This document shows positions 9,260-19,174 of a stretch of 64,000 nt of DNA, piece by piece. Below the pieces are notes generated by a model, which was given only the letters and a program-made list of their open reading frames with translations, did not search any database and was not told the origin of the DNA. Each line of letters opens with the position of its first letter. Positions within the stretch are counted from its first letter, which is position 1. The stretch is taken from positions 20,286 to 84,285 of the IMG/VR virus record IMGVR_UViG_3300047287_000420; one strand, given 5' to 3'. The position numbers were made by a program, and so were the translations under genes. The DNA comes from a virus.

Positions 9260-10471
9260 ATGAATAACGAAAAGATCTTCCTGATTCACTGCTCTGTAAG
9301 TGCCTCTGTTCGACAGAGCACTCAGATAAAGATGGCAGACCTGCAACTGCCTGGTGCTGTTATCGACGTACTCGAGAAACAACAATCAGTCTCGGTGCGT
9401 CCTACGCTCTCTGGGAGATTGAAGGAGTTCCTTAATCTTCTGAGGATCGAACAACGTAAGTTGTACGACGAGTGCACAATCCACAATGGTGACGTTCACT
9501 TCCTTCACGAGGACTACTTTGAAGAAGCTATGGAGCGGATCGCCAAGATTCGTTCTGACGCTGCGAAGTACAACGAACAGCTGAACGAACTTTGGCTGGA
9601 AGAATACACTCGCTGGTCGAACACAGTCGAAGGCTTTCTCGAGCCGTTGTTCCGTGATGACCCCGAAGGTTTCAAGCTAGCTAAAGAAGCTTACTTAACT
9701 ATCTTTCCTACCAAGCAGGAGTTCGAGAATCCAATCAGAGTCTTTGTGGTCGGACCAAACCCGATCAGCATGGTTGTCGCCGAAAACAAAGAGGAGCACG
9801 CCATTGCCACAGCGATTCAGGAAGCCGCTCTGTTCAACACAAACGAAGTTCTTGAAGCTGCCCGTGAGGGTGCTGCTGATCGGGCACTGGCTAAAGCAGC
9901 CGAACTTCTCGATGACTTAGACGTTCGAGTCTCTTCTAAGGTTGGTGAGCGCCAAACCGGCGGAGCTCGGCGGCGCGGTTCGTGGCAGATCACAGCGGAA
10001 ACTCTGCAGCTGATCACTAGACACTGCCCAGGTTTCGAAGATCTATTCAAACTTTCGGAGGATTTACTCGATGTAGGTGTAAGGCTTCAGAGTGATTCTG
10101 CAAAGGTAAAGAACCAAGCCTTTAAAGATTATGCGGATCTGAAGGGCAAGATTCGTAATGAACTCGAAGCAATCGTCAGCTCTCGAAACTCCAGCGACGG
10201 ACTTGAGTCCTTGAAGAAATCGCTGGCTCTTTCTAATACCTATCGTGACCTACTCACGAAGATAAACACAGCAGAAACACAAGAGCAATTAGATGAGCTC
10301 CACCAGGAACTCCAAGTAGAAAAAGATGTCTATCAACAGCGAGCTAAGCATCTACAAACTCTGTTCGACCAACGAACTGAGCTAGTGAAAGCTCAATCAG
10401 CAAACCTGGATGATCTGATCAACGAGGTAAAAACCATTGAAGCAGAAACCACCGATGAACTTGACTTCTAA
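9260..10471 (+). CDS. helical protein, possibly DUF3150-like
   Basis: ~400-aa helical ORF upstream of an AAA+VWA pair; family assignment from context only. Confidence 0.6.
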   Translation: MNNEKIFLIHCSVSASVRQSTQIKMADLQLPGAVIDVLEKQQSVSVRPTLSGRLKEFLNLLRIEQRKLYDECTIHNGDVHFLHEDYFEEAMERIAKIRSDAAKYNEQLNELWLEEYTRWSNTVEGFLEPLFRDDPEGFKLAKEAYLTIFPTKQEFENPIRVFVVGPNPISMVVAENKEEHAIATAIQEAALFNTNEVLEAAREGAADRALAKAAELLDDLDVRVSSKVGERQTGGARRRGSWQITAETLQLITRHCPGFEDLFKLSEDLLDVGVRLQSDSAKVKNQAFKDYADLKGKIRNELEAIVSSRNSSDGLESLKKSLALSNTYRDLLTKINTAETQEQLDELHQELQVEKDVYQQRAKHLQTLFDQRTELVKAQSANLDDLINEVKTIEAETTDELDF

Positions 10472-10595
10472 TCTGGATCAAAAAGCAATCGTTCTGCTGC
10501 TAGCAACGAAAAGCCTGAGTGGACCTTACCGCGACACGCGTAAGAAAAACTTCTTCAAGACTCTCGCCAAGACCCTTTACAAAATCTTCGACTGA
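10455..10595 (+). CDS. small basic protein (46 aa, not in track)
   Basis: MNLTSNLDQKAIVLLL...KIFD*; TGATG-coupled to the ATPase. Confidence 0.45.
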   Translation: MNLTSNLDQKAIVLLLATKSLSGPYRDTRKKNFFKTLAKTLYKIFD

Positions 10596-11779
10596 TGAAC
10601 GACACTCTCTTTGCAAACCTCCAAGGCTTCCGCTCTTCGCTTAACACCAGCTTCCTGGAACGCGAAGACATTGTTGACGGACTTCTGGCTTCGCTTATCA
10701 CTAAACAAAATTGCTTCTTGTTTGGATTGCCTGGTACGGGTAAATCCGAATTGGTGCGAGCTGTTTCGAACGGATTCAAAGGATCTCAGTTCTTTGGTTA
10801 CCTGCTCTCGCCCACAACGGACCCGAGTGAACTGTTCGGCCCGGTGGCAGTTTCGAAGCTCCTAAAAGACGAGTATGTACGTGATGTCTCTGGATACTTA
10901 CCCAGTGCCAACATTGCATTCTTAGATGAGCTGTTCCGTGGCAGCTCTGCTGTACTTAACTCTCTCCTGACTATCCTCAACGAGCGTATCTTCAACAACG
11001 GTCGCGAAGTAATCGAAACTCCGATTCAATCAATCGTTGCTGCTACGAACAGTTTCCCTCAAGAGGAATCTCTTCAAGCCTTCTGTGATCGATTCTTGTT
11101 TAGACCGACAGTAGATCTTCTCAAAAAACCCACATCGAAGCGCACGCTTGACGCATGGGCCCTCGGTCTCAAGGACAGACCGACCGTTAAGTCAGATCTA
11201 ACTTTCGAAGATCTTCAACAGTTACAACAGGAGGTTGTATCAATCAAAGCTAGCGATGAGTTTCTTGATTCCTTCTCGCAAGTAATTGACCTTCTGGCCA
11301 CGCGGGGAATCACGATCAGCGACCGCCGCCGAGTTCAGATTCTTAAGTTCTTGCGTGGTTGGGCACTTGTGCAGGGAGATGAAGAACTCTATCCAGAGCA
11401 CCTGCACAGATCCTTAGTGCACATTGTGTACCAAACACAAGACGATGTACAAGTAATTAAGGAAGTTCTAGAGCAAGCAGTACCTACAGCAGAACGTCTC
11501 CTGGAAAGCATTAAGCGTGCTCACAGCGGGATCCTGACGGAATACCACGCGGTTCATTCGCAGGAATCTAAAAGCGTAGAGGATCTGAATCGGCTGGTAG
11601 GGAAGCTGCGAAAGATGCACCGTGATCTGGATACACTCTCTAACAAACTAGACAACATCTTAGAATCAGGTCAGTATCGAATCAGTGCAGGTGCTAGACA
11701 AACTGCTACCAAGCTCGCTCAAGCAATCGAATCCTCCTCTCAATCTGTAGCTACATCCATTTCGAACCTCTCCTCATGA
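10595..11779 (+). CDS. MoxR/RavA-family AAA+ ATPase
   Basis: Walker A GLPGTGKS, ELFGP, Walker B FLDE, LNSLLTILNER, AFCDRF, SDRR. Confidence 0.92.
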   Translation: MNDTLFANLQGFRSSLNTSFLEREDIVDGLLASLITKQNCFLFGLPGTGKSELVRAVSNGFKGSQFFGYLLSPTTDPSELFGPVAVSKLLKDEYVRDVSGYLPSANIAFLDELFRGSSAVLNSLLTILNERIFNNGREVIETPIQSIVAATNSFPQEESLQAFCDRFLFRPTVDLLKKPTSKRTLDAWALGLKDRPTVKSDLTFEDLQQLQQEVVSIKASDEFLDSFSQVIDLLATRGITISDRRRVQILKFLRGWALVQGDEELYPEHLHRSLVHIVYQTQDDVQVIKEVLEQAVPTAERLLESIKRAHSGILTEYHAVHSQESKSVEDLNRLVGKLRKMHRDLDTLSNKLDNILESGQYRISAGARQTATKLAQAIESSSQSVATSISNLSS

Positions 11780-13317
11780 AAACAAACACCGAGTTCCTCC
11801 GCCTGATAAACAACGAACCTTTGGTTCTTGCTGTTTCTCCGCTGTCGGACTTTCTGTGGGATGACTTTGTTCGGGACACTCGGCCAATCGTTAAGTATCT
11901 GGAGGATCGGTACAACATCAAACAGCTCTCTCGTTTCGGGAAAGAGTTATTCGACTTCCTGTACAACGGCGGTCAATGCACTACGGTCATCACTCTGGAT
12001 GAAGCTGAAACGTACTTTCGTGCGAAACAGAACGGCCAGAACCCAGAGTTCCCAAAGGGCTACAAGCCTGAATCAGCTTTTTGGGTGAACCTGTTCATTC
12101 AAGTGTGTGAGTCACCGGCATGGCCACGGCTGATGGGTCTTTCGGTCGGCGACCAGTTCACTGCAGGAAACAATGCTGTTAATGTACTCAATGAGCTGAG
12201 TGAAGTAATCGAATCTCAAATCGAACAGGGGATTCTTGACGTCGCATTACTGGCAGACGCAGGCAAAGAGCTGCAGGATATCCGTGAGCAGTTCATGGCC
12301 GCTAAAAAAGAAGGGGACAACGCAAAGGCAGCTCAACTTCGCCAGAAAGGAAAGGAGCTAGGTCAGCAGCTCGAAGAGTCTGTCCAACGAGCAGGTGAAG
12401 CTCTCCAGCCACAAGTGGATAAAGCGATTGATAAAGCGCACCAAAGCGCTAAGGACACTCAGGAAGCAATGAGCCAGCTTGCTGGTTCCGAAGCAGGGAA
12501 GGGCGTGGCGCTGAACGACCTGGAGCAGAAGCGCAAGCTTGCACGGAGGCTTAGTGCAAACCCCGGCCTCAAGCAACTAGTTCGGAAGTTAGGTGCTCTG
12601 CGTCAAGCTTGGGCGGATCGGAAGCGTGCACGTAAAGCACAGACAAAATACAGTGACATCGTTGGAGCGAAATTCTCTGATGAAGTCATCAAAGCGTACC
12701 CAGCTGAGATTGCGCTGGCTGCCACAGAGCAAGGGCGGGCCTTGTTTGCTCTCAAGTACAGCCAAAAGACTCTGCTCACTAAGGACTACGAAGCAAAGAT
12801 CAAAGAGCTCGATAAAGGTCCTGTTGTTATGTACATCGACATCAGCGGATCGATGGCAGGTGAGTCAGAGCTCTGGTCGAAAGCTATGGCTTACGTCATC
12901 GCAGAGGAATGCTTGAAGCAAAACAGGGCAACACACATTCACCTATTCGACACGGTGGTTCAGAAAAGTATTCATCTGGAGAAAGACAGAGCCGACAACG
13001 AAAAACTTCTGAACTTTGTTCTTAGTTGGACAACGAAAGGCGGAACTTCGTTCTGCTCGGTGATCGACCACGCGCTGACAAAGATCAATTTCGTTGAGAA
13101 AGCAGACATTTTGATGATTACAGATGGGAACGCCGAGGTATCTGATTCCTTCGTGCGGCGCCTAAATGCGTTCAAACAAGAGCACGGTGTTCAGTGGAAC
13201 AGCTTCTGCATAGGCAGACAAGCCCGTGTGCTCAAAGAGTTCAGTGATAATGTGCACACTGTAGATCCTCTAGATGACCCAAGCAGTGCCGAACTGTTTC
13301 AAGACGCGATGCGATAA
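11776..13317 (+). CDS. ViaA-like VWA-domain protein
   Basis: MIDAS DISGS, GGTSF and ITDG in the C-terminal domain; ATGA overlap with the ATPase. Confidence 0.9.
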   Translation: MKTNTEFLRLINNEPLVLAVSPLSDFLWDDFVRDTRPIVKYLEDRYNIKQLSRFGKELFDFLYNGGQCTTVITLDEAETYFRAKQNGQNPEFPKGYKPESAFWVNLFIQVCESPAWPRLMGLSVGDQFTAGNNAVNVLNELSEVIESQIEQGILDVALLADAGKELQDIREQFMAAKKEGDNAKAAQLRQKGKELGQQLEESVQRAGEALQPQVDKAIDKAHQSAKDTQEAMSQLAGSEAGKGVALNDLEQKRKLARRLSANPGLKQLVRKLGALRQAWADRKRARKAQTKYSDIVGAKFSDEVIKAYPAEIALAATEQGRALFALKYSQKTLLTKDYEAKIKELDKGPVVMYIDISGSMAGESELWSKAMAYVIAEECLKQNRATHIHLFDTVVQKSIHLEKDRADNEKLLNFVLSWTTKGGTSFCSVIDHALTKINFVEKADILMITDGNAEVSDSFVRRLNAFKQEHGVQWNSFCIGRQARVLKEFSDNVHTVDPLDDPSSAELFQDAMR

Positions 13318-13370
13318 AACACAGCCCAGATAAACCAGGTTTAAATTAGGGGACAAGCGCTGTCTCCTAA

Positions 13371-13799
13371 GTGAACCGACAAGCTGAAGCAGCCGCTATT
13401 AAAAGATTAGAAGCAGAGTATTCTCCTGCCACGGAGAGATTTGAGCTCGAGGATTGGGTAGCTCAACAATTATTCGATACGTACCATAACTTAACTGAGA
13501 ACCAGTCGGCATTATTTAGGTTCCGAGAAGCAGTTATTATCTATGTCCCAACAACAGAACTATTCAACATAACGAGATTGGTAGATAAAGATATAACAGA
13601 ACACTGTATTCTGCTGAGCAGCTTTTTACATAAGAATTACGGTGTACGCAAACTTAGCAACAAAGCAGAGGTAGAGATGGCTCTGATGCTGAGCGAGCAT
13701 GACTTTGAGTTGATGTCGATGCAGATAGTGACGGATATGCTGCACTGGTACGACCTTATGACACTAGCGAACGAAGTGCTGACGAGTAAACCGCATTAA
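13371..13799 (+). CDS. hypothetical protein
   Basis: 142-aa GTG-start ORF. Confidence 0.65.
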   Translation: MNRQAEAAAIKRLEAEYSPATERFELEDWVAQQLFDTYHNLTENQSALFRFREAVIIYVPTTELFNITRLVDKDITEHCILLSSFLHKNYGVRKLSNKAEVEMALMLSEHDFELMSMQIVTDMLHWYDLMTLANEVLTSKPH

Positions 13800-13880
13800 C
13801 TAAAACCTTAAGATAATCTGAAGTATTCGGCTGGGTGTGCATTGGAAAGATAGGCTTCTCTCGTTCCATTTTTTCATTAC

Positions 13881-14693
13881 ATGAACTTCAAGTTCAAAAT
13901 CGGTGAAACCAGCCTGGACAACAGCGAAGCTCGTGCTCTCTTGAGTGCAGCAGGCCGTGATAGCGCAATTGTCGTAGACATTGCCGAGCACATCGATCCA
14001 ACAATGATCGACGCCAAAAAGCTGTTCTCGATCAGCGTGGAAACCAAAAACCCCACGCTTGCTTCCTTGGCAGCACGCTTTGCTATTGAAGGCGTCGAGA
14101 CTCCTAAGAAGCGTACGTATACGCGTACGGACGCAAACCGGATCTCAAGGATTGAAGTTAAAGAGACCTTCAGCCAGCCGGCTCAAGCAATCGACGCTCT
14201 TTGTCAGATGAAGAGCTTGAAAGCAATCGGAGCTGCCATGATTCTCGATGGTGTTTCGGATGGCAACAGCCGCACCCTGCGGCAAATCGCCACCAGCTGC
14301 GTTAACGGGATGGCCTACCGGGGATCTGTGAGCCCGGACTCGCAGTGCTTCATGGGCTTCGTAAAGGATGGAGACGGACACTACCGCACTCTGAACCAGG
14401 GACCGAACATCCCTCGGTCTGCCTGCTACCACGCCTCTCCGATGTATAACGCGGTCCGTGACGGGGCAGCTCTGCTGAAGGAGTGGGGGCTCATCGAAAT
14501 GAGCGAACACATTGAGTTCGGCAGCAAGGATAAAGATCTGGATGAAAACAGCCGTCAGCTGCGCCGGACTGTTTATGCTGTGACTCCAACGGCGATGGGG
14601 CAGAAGGTGGCGCACGAATGGGGCGACATCTCAGATTTCATCAGCCACCAGTGGAGCAGCCGCATCCGCGAAAGAAGGGTCTACGCTGCTTAA
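13881..14693 (+). CDS. hypothetical protein, possible winged-helix DNA-binding domain
   Basis: 270-aa ORF; LLKEWGLIE...RRTVYAVTPTAMG resembles a wHTH wing; followed by a terminator. Confidence 0.75.
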   Translation: MNFKFKIGETSLDNSEARALLSAAGRDSAIVVDIAEHIDPTMIDAKKLFSISVETKNPTLASLAARFAIEGVETPKKRTYTRTDANRISRIEVKETFSQPAQAIDALCQMKSLKAIGAAMILDGVSDGNSRTLRQIATSCVNGMAYRGSVSPDSQCFMGFVKDGDGHYRTLNQGPNIPRSACYHASPMYNAVRDGAALLKEWGLIEMSEHIEFGSKDKDLDENSRQLRRTVYAVTPTAMGQKVAHEWGDISDFISHQWSSRIRERRVYAA

Positions 14694-14718
14694 AGCTTCA
14701 TCCAACAACCACAAAAAC

Positions 14719-14742
14719 GGGGCGTCGAAAGGCGCCCTTTTT
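14719..14742 (+). terminator. Rho-independent terminator
   Basis: GGGCGTC-GAAA-GGCGCCC followed by TTTTT. Confidence 0.8.
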
Positions 14743-14749
14743 AAGTCAC

Positions 14750-16639
14750 ATGCAGATCCGTTACATCACAAGCAACAGCGAGTACCAGAAAGCTCTTGGG
14801 GAACTGCAGCTGATCCCCAAGGTATGCCTGGATTTGGAAACAACCGGCTTGGACTCACACGTGGCTAAAGCTCGGTTGCTTCAGCTGTGTACGACAGAGA
14901 ATATCGAAAGAACGGTGTACGTTCTTGATCTCTTCAAAATCACTGATACCAGTGGGCTGAAGGAATTTATTGAAAGCCGGGAGATGATTCTCGGCCACAA
15001 CTTAAATTTCGATTTTCAGTTTCTGCTGTCTCTCGGCATCGACTATCAAGGAAAGGTATTCGATACTTATGTAGCTGAGCGTTGTTTGCGGGCTGGTTTT
15101 AAGGAAAAGAAAGTTAGCCCGAAACTTCAGAAGCCATATTTCGATGACGTTAGCTGCTCACTGAAGGCTGTTGTTGAGAGACGACTCGAGATTGAAATTA
15201 GTAAAGAACAACAGGTTTCTGACTGGAGCAAACCTGATTTAGACATAGAGCAACTCGAATACGCAGCAAAGGACGTTGATCTCCTCCCCACGATCGCTGC
15301 GGATCAACTTAAAGAGCTAGCAGAAGAAGCTCTGCTCGATGTCTACTCGCTGGAATCTAAGTGCGTACGCCCCGTGGCACTGATGTGTCACAAAGGATTC
15401 AACGTAGATGTTACTAAGTTAGTAGCCCTAAAGCATACGATTGAGAAAAAGCTAGATGAAGTTACTCTAGAATTCTGCACTAAGCTTGACGACGCACTAC
15501 CAGAGGATCTAAAGCTACCCAGGAGAACCGATGGATCACTGGCAATTGGAAAAAACCTACGCAAAGAGTTCAACCCCGGATCCGGTGTCCAATGCACAAA
15601 GTGTTTCGAAGCACTTGGCATTGCACTTCCAACAAATCCAGGAACAGGAAAGAGCACTCTTAATCAGATCCAGCTCGCGGAATTTGATTCGGATGACCCG
15701 CTCCTAAACCTCTACCGAAAGCGCACAAAAATCGAAACTCAACTCGAACACGCAGAAAAACTAATCGCAAATATCAACCCTATAACACACAGAATTCACT
15801 CAGGTTATAACCAGTACGGAGCAAACTCCGGAAGATTCACTTCAAGCGGAGCTAAGAAAACAGCGGCCAAGAAAGTTAAAAGTCAGTTTGCGATCAACGC
15901 TCAACAGATTCCGAGAGACAAAGAGTTTCGGGAATGTTTCGTAGCCACGCCTGGTTACAAGCTGATCATCTGTGACTTCAGTCAGATTGAGTTACGCCTC
16001 GGTGCGGAGCTGATCGGAATCCCTCAGATGATTGAGGCATTTAAACAAGGTCATGATCTCCATACAGTTACCGCTAGTTTGATCTACAACATACCTCTAG
16101 AAGAAGTTCAGAAGAACCAGCGACAAGAAGGTAAAACGCTTAACTTTGCGTTGCTATACGGTATGGGCTTCCGTAAGTACAAAACATACGCAGCTCAAAG
16201 CGGGAAGATCATTTCCCTGTCTGAGGCAAAAGTAGCTCACACAGCGTTCCACAACGCATACCCACGCCTAAGGCAGTGGCACCGAGAGCGTGCTGCCATG
16301 GTCGAAGATGGGTGGACTTTCGTAAGAACTCCGTTAGGTCGCAGGCGTCTGCTTTCTTACTCAGATGCAACCATGACTGCCTGTGCCAATACGCTTATAC
16401 AAGGTGCCGGTGCTGATATCCTTAAGCTGTCGTTAGCCAAGCTCAACCCTTATCTGTGCGATGAAGCTTACTTAGTTGCCTGTGTCCACGATGAAATCGT
16501 TCTAGAGGCTGCAGAAACAAAAGTTGAGTACTACAAGGAAGTACTTGAGCGCTGTATGAAAGAAGCCGCTGAAACGATTTTAAAAGAGGTACCAGCTAAA
16601 GCAGACGCTAGCTACGGAGACACCTGGTCTGAAAAATGA
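14750..16639 (+). CDS. polA: family A DNA polymerase with 3'-5' exonuclease
   Basis: DLETTG (ExoI), YAAKD (ExoIII), DFSQIELR (motif A), KTLNFALLYG (motif B), VHDEI (motif C); ATG 14750 lies after the terminator. Confidence 0.95.
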   Translation: MQIRYITSNSEYQKALGELQLIPKVCLDLETTGLDSHVAKARLLQLCTTENIERTVYVLDLFKITDTSGLKEFIESREMILGHNLNFDFQFLLSLGIDYQGKVFDTYVAERCLRAGFKEKKVSPKLQKPYFDDVSCSLKAVVERRLEIEISKEQQVSDWSKPDLDIEQLEYAAKDVDLLPTIAADQLKELAEEALLDVYSLESKCVRPVALMCHKGFNVDVTKLVALKHTIEKKLDEVTLEFCTKLDDALPEDLKLPRRTDGSLAIGKNLRKEFNPGSGVQCTKCFEALGIALPTNPGTGKSTLNQIQLAEFDSDDPLLNLYRKRTKIETQLEHAEKLIANINPITHRIHSGYNQYGANSGRFTSSGAKKTAAKKVKSQFAINAQQIPRDKEFRECFVATPGYKLIICDFSQIELRLGAELIGIPQMIEAFKQGHDLHTVTASLIYNIPLEEVQKNQRQEGKTLNFALLYGMGFRKYKTYAAQSGKIISLSEAKVAHTAFHNAYPRLRQWHRERAAMVEDGWTFVRTPLGRRRLLSYSDATMTACANTLIQGAGADILKLSLAKLNPYLCDEAYLVACVHDEIVLEAAETKVEYYKEVLERCMKEAAETILKEVPAKADASYGDTWSEK

Positions 16640-17532
16640 GTAACACCAAAAAGCGCGAACGTCCCCTCTCACCAAGCAAGCTCAAAATTGGTGATCGAGT
16701 CACATTAGGTATCAAGAACATCACTTGCTACAGTGAGTTCTCTGATCAAAAGCTTAAGGACAAGATCGCTGGCTACGTGAACAACACGCGGCTAGGAACA
16801 GTGAAAGAAGTATTTGTCAAAACAAACAAAAGAGGAGACAGGAGGCATTTCGCTTCGATCCTATGGGATGGAATGAAATCGACCACTGAACACGAACAGA
16901 ATCGCTTGAAAGTCCACGAGGCTTCTGTCGTCGCACAAGAACTAGAGAAGCCAATCAAAGTAGATGTAGCCCCCAAGCAAAGTACAAAGAAGTCGACAAC
17001 TTCTGTGACTATCTTTAACTTGCAAGTGGTTGAGGATAAAGAAGTATTCACCGCAAAAACGGAAAACGGTTACGTCGGTTGTGCCCGTACAACTAACGGA
17101 ATCTGCTTCACGTCTGATGTTTTTTCGAGTGCACTAGAGGCAGCTAACAAAGCACGAAACCTCAAGAGGCTACTGGAAAACCCGACAGAGCAAGATTGTA
17201 AAGAAACCAAAAAAAAGACAAAAGAAACTACAAAATGTGTAGTCAAGAAAACTAATAAAAAGGTAACCTTAAGGTCGAGACTGTACACACTCGACGAGAC
17301 CAAGGCGATGCCGCTCCTGCGTTTCCAAGAAGTGTGGGTAATTATTAAAGACTCGATGTATGTAAGTGAGTGCTTAGATAAGGAAAGGCGCAATTTAGTA
17401 AGTTACACATCAAATAAAGAGAAAGCTATGTACTTCACATGTCACGAAAAAGCTAAAATGACTATGCGTGTTCTGAAGGGTACGGTAGGTCCAGGGTTTG
17501 ACCTCAAGAGGTTCTTTATAGAAAATAAGTAG
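16636..17532 (+). CDS. basic hypothetical multidomain protein
   Basis: 298-aa Lys-rich ORF with ATGA overlap to the polymerase. Confidence 0.75.
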   Translation: MSNTKKRERPLSPSKLKIGDRVTLGIKNITCYSEFSDQKLKDKIAGYVNNTRLGTVKEVFVKTNKRGDRRHFASILWDGMKSTTEHEQNRLKVHEASVVAQELEKPIKVDVAPKQSTKKSTTSVTIFNLQVVEDKEVFTAKTENGYVGCARTTNGICFTSDVFSSALEAANKARNLKRLLENPTEQDCKETKKKTKETTKCVVKKTNKKVTLRSRLYTLDETKAMPLLRFQEVWVIIKDSMYVSECLDKERRNLVSYTSNKEKAMYFTCHEKAKMTMRVLKGTVGPGFDLKRFFIENK

Positions 17533-17557
17533 AATCTAAGGACTGAGGACTCCGTAG

Positions 17558-17821
17558 ATGGCAACCAGATACGCAGGTGATTACTTCGGAATTTCCCTGG
17601 GTAATTCCGGAGGTGCCTCCTCAGTCCTTTTGGATTACTACCCAGAGCTTCGAAACCCAGCAAAGAAGACTGAGGTGACTCCCACGGCGCCTAGGTCTGT
17701 GGGTGGGACAGAGGCCGCAAAGGTATTTACTGGTTTTAAAACCTTTGAAGAGAAGCAGGGACCCAAGGCAGCAGCCCCTGTATTTACAGGTTTCAAAACG
17801 ATCGAGAAGCCAAAGCGGTGA
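17558..17821 (+). CDS. hypothetical protein with internal VFTGFKT repeat
   Basis: Two copies of VFTGFKT; TAGAAT at 17530 upstream. Confidence 0.65.
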   Translation: MATRYAGDYFGISLGNSGGASSVLLDYYPELRNPAKKTEVTPTAPRSVGGTEAAKVFTGFKTFEEKQGPKAAAPVFTGFKTIEKPKR

Positions 17822-17994
17822 CGCCGAGCGTCTGAACGCTTACGCTTGAGTAGTTATCGGAAAGAGGATAGTGAAACTTTTTAAAAAGCTGTTGGAAGGT
17901 CGGTTCGGCAGATGGCTGAATCTTTATCCGATCTTCGCAGCTAACGAGGAGGACCGCAGGCGTATCTTAGAGGCGGCCGACTTCCAGCCAAACG

Positions 17995-18552
17995 ATGTCT
18001 ACTAGCTATTGCTTGGTACTAGGTAAGGCAGATAGCACTTTAGAGATAGCTTTAGCTGCGAACGACGCTGGCCACGCGCAGGCACAATCCTCCGATATAG
18101 CCAGAGCTCTGCAGGCAGATACATTTGCCCTGACATACAAGAGCGTAAAAGAAAGCAAGTTGTCCTATTTATTCAGGCGGCTGGCTACGAGCGATTTCAA
18201 GCACGAGGAGTGCGATGAGTGGTGGGGCAAGTTTTGCAACAAGTCTCCAGTCATCTATGCCCTGAAACAGAAATATTACGTGCGTCCACTGATCTTAGAT
18301 TACTTGGAAATAAATAAAGATGGTTGTGTAAAACCGTCATGCTCAAACTCATTGTGTGTAAACCCTTACCACAATTCTTACAAAAAAATGAAGGCCTCAA
18401 AACTGGGGGACGCGGACGTGAATTTGGTACTAGCCTTCTCCAGCCAGGGCGTCCCTGCTAGGGAAATCGCCAAGGCGCTCAACGTACATCGCTCAACGAT
18501 TTACCGGACGTTAAACCGTGAACATCTTCACACTCGGGCTCCGCGTCACTGA
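17995..18552 (+). CDS. degenerate HNH/Zn-loop domain fused to C-terminal HTH
   Basis: CSNSLCVNPYH plus AREIAKALNVHRSTIYRTL. Confidence 0.75.
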   Translation: MSTSYCLVLGKADSTLEIALAANDAGHAQAQSSDIARALQADTFALTYKSVKESKLSYLFRRLATSDFKHEECDEWWGKFCNKSPVIYALKQKYYVRPLILDYLEINKDGCVKPSCSNSLCVNPYHNSYKKMKASKLGDADVNLVLAFSSQGVPAREIAKALNVHRSTIYRTLNREHLHTRAPRH

Positions 18553-19165
18553 TGGCGCCGACACCGACGAAAACAAAATCACACACGTACTCGCCGAGTC
18601 CCTTCCTTCCAGCGACAAGCGGGTAGCCACAAAGGTCCAGCTTTCAATGAAAGAGGACCATTACGTCGGCAAGATCCTCAAAACTCTCGAAGAAAATCAA
18701 ACGATTCTTGCAATCGGGCCAACCAAGACAACACCGGATGGGGTGCTGCAGATGCAGCCCATGCTGGTTGTCACAGATAAAAACTGGGATGACCTGCTGG
18801 CAGTGAACCTGTTCATCTCCACAGGTGGTCTCGGTCCTGCGACTGAAGAAACTCAGCTCGGGGACAACACAGTTACTAACCGTTCGCTGGCCTGGCAAGA
18901 CGAAAAAGGTGAAACCGCTTGGTTCAAGCTGACAGCTTGGGACAGCCTCTCAACTCAACTTGCCGAACTTGCGCCGGGCACACCGACTATTGCTGTGGGT
19001 CGCGTAAGTACTTCCGAAAAGGAAGATCGCAAGTATCTTAATTACGGTGTAGAGAAAATTCTCTACCTGCCTCGCAGCAAGAAAGCTGCTCCCGCCAAAG
19101 CGGCAGACCCTGATAAAGGTCGCGTCTCTACGGCTGCTCTCGGATCACTGGACTTCTCTCTCTGA
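18518..19165 (+). CDS. ssb: single-stranded DNA-binding protein (probable tandem OB folds)
   Basis: ETAWFKLTAWDSL...LAPGTPTIAVGRV SSB pattern; acidic/hydrophobic tip LDFSL. Confidence 0.75.
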   Translation: MNIFTLGLRVTDGADTDENKITHVLAESLPSSDKRVATKVQLSMKEDHYVGKILKTLEENQTILAIGPTKTTPDGVLQMQPMLVVTDKNWDDLLAVNLFISTGGLGPATEETQLGDNTVTNRSLAWQDEKGETAWFKLTAWDSLSTQLAELAPGTPTIAVGRVSTSEKEDRKYLNYGVEKILYLPRSKKAAPAKAADPDKGRVSTAALGSLDFSL

Positions 19166-19174
19166 TTAACAATC

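Noticed and set aside
14618-14749. Extended N-terminus of the DNA polymerase in the ORF track
   Set aside because: Overlaps the upstream gene and spans a terminator; ATG 14750 is more plausible
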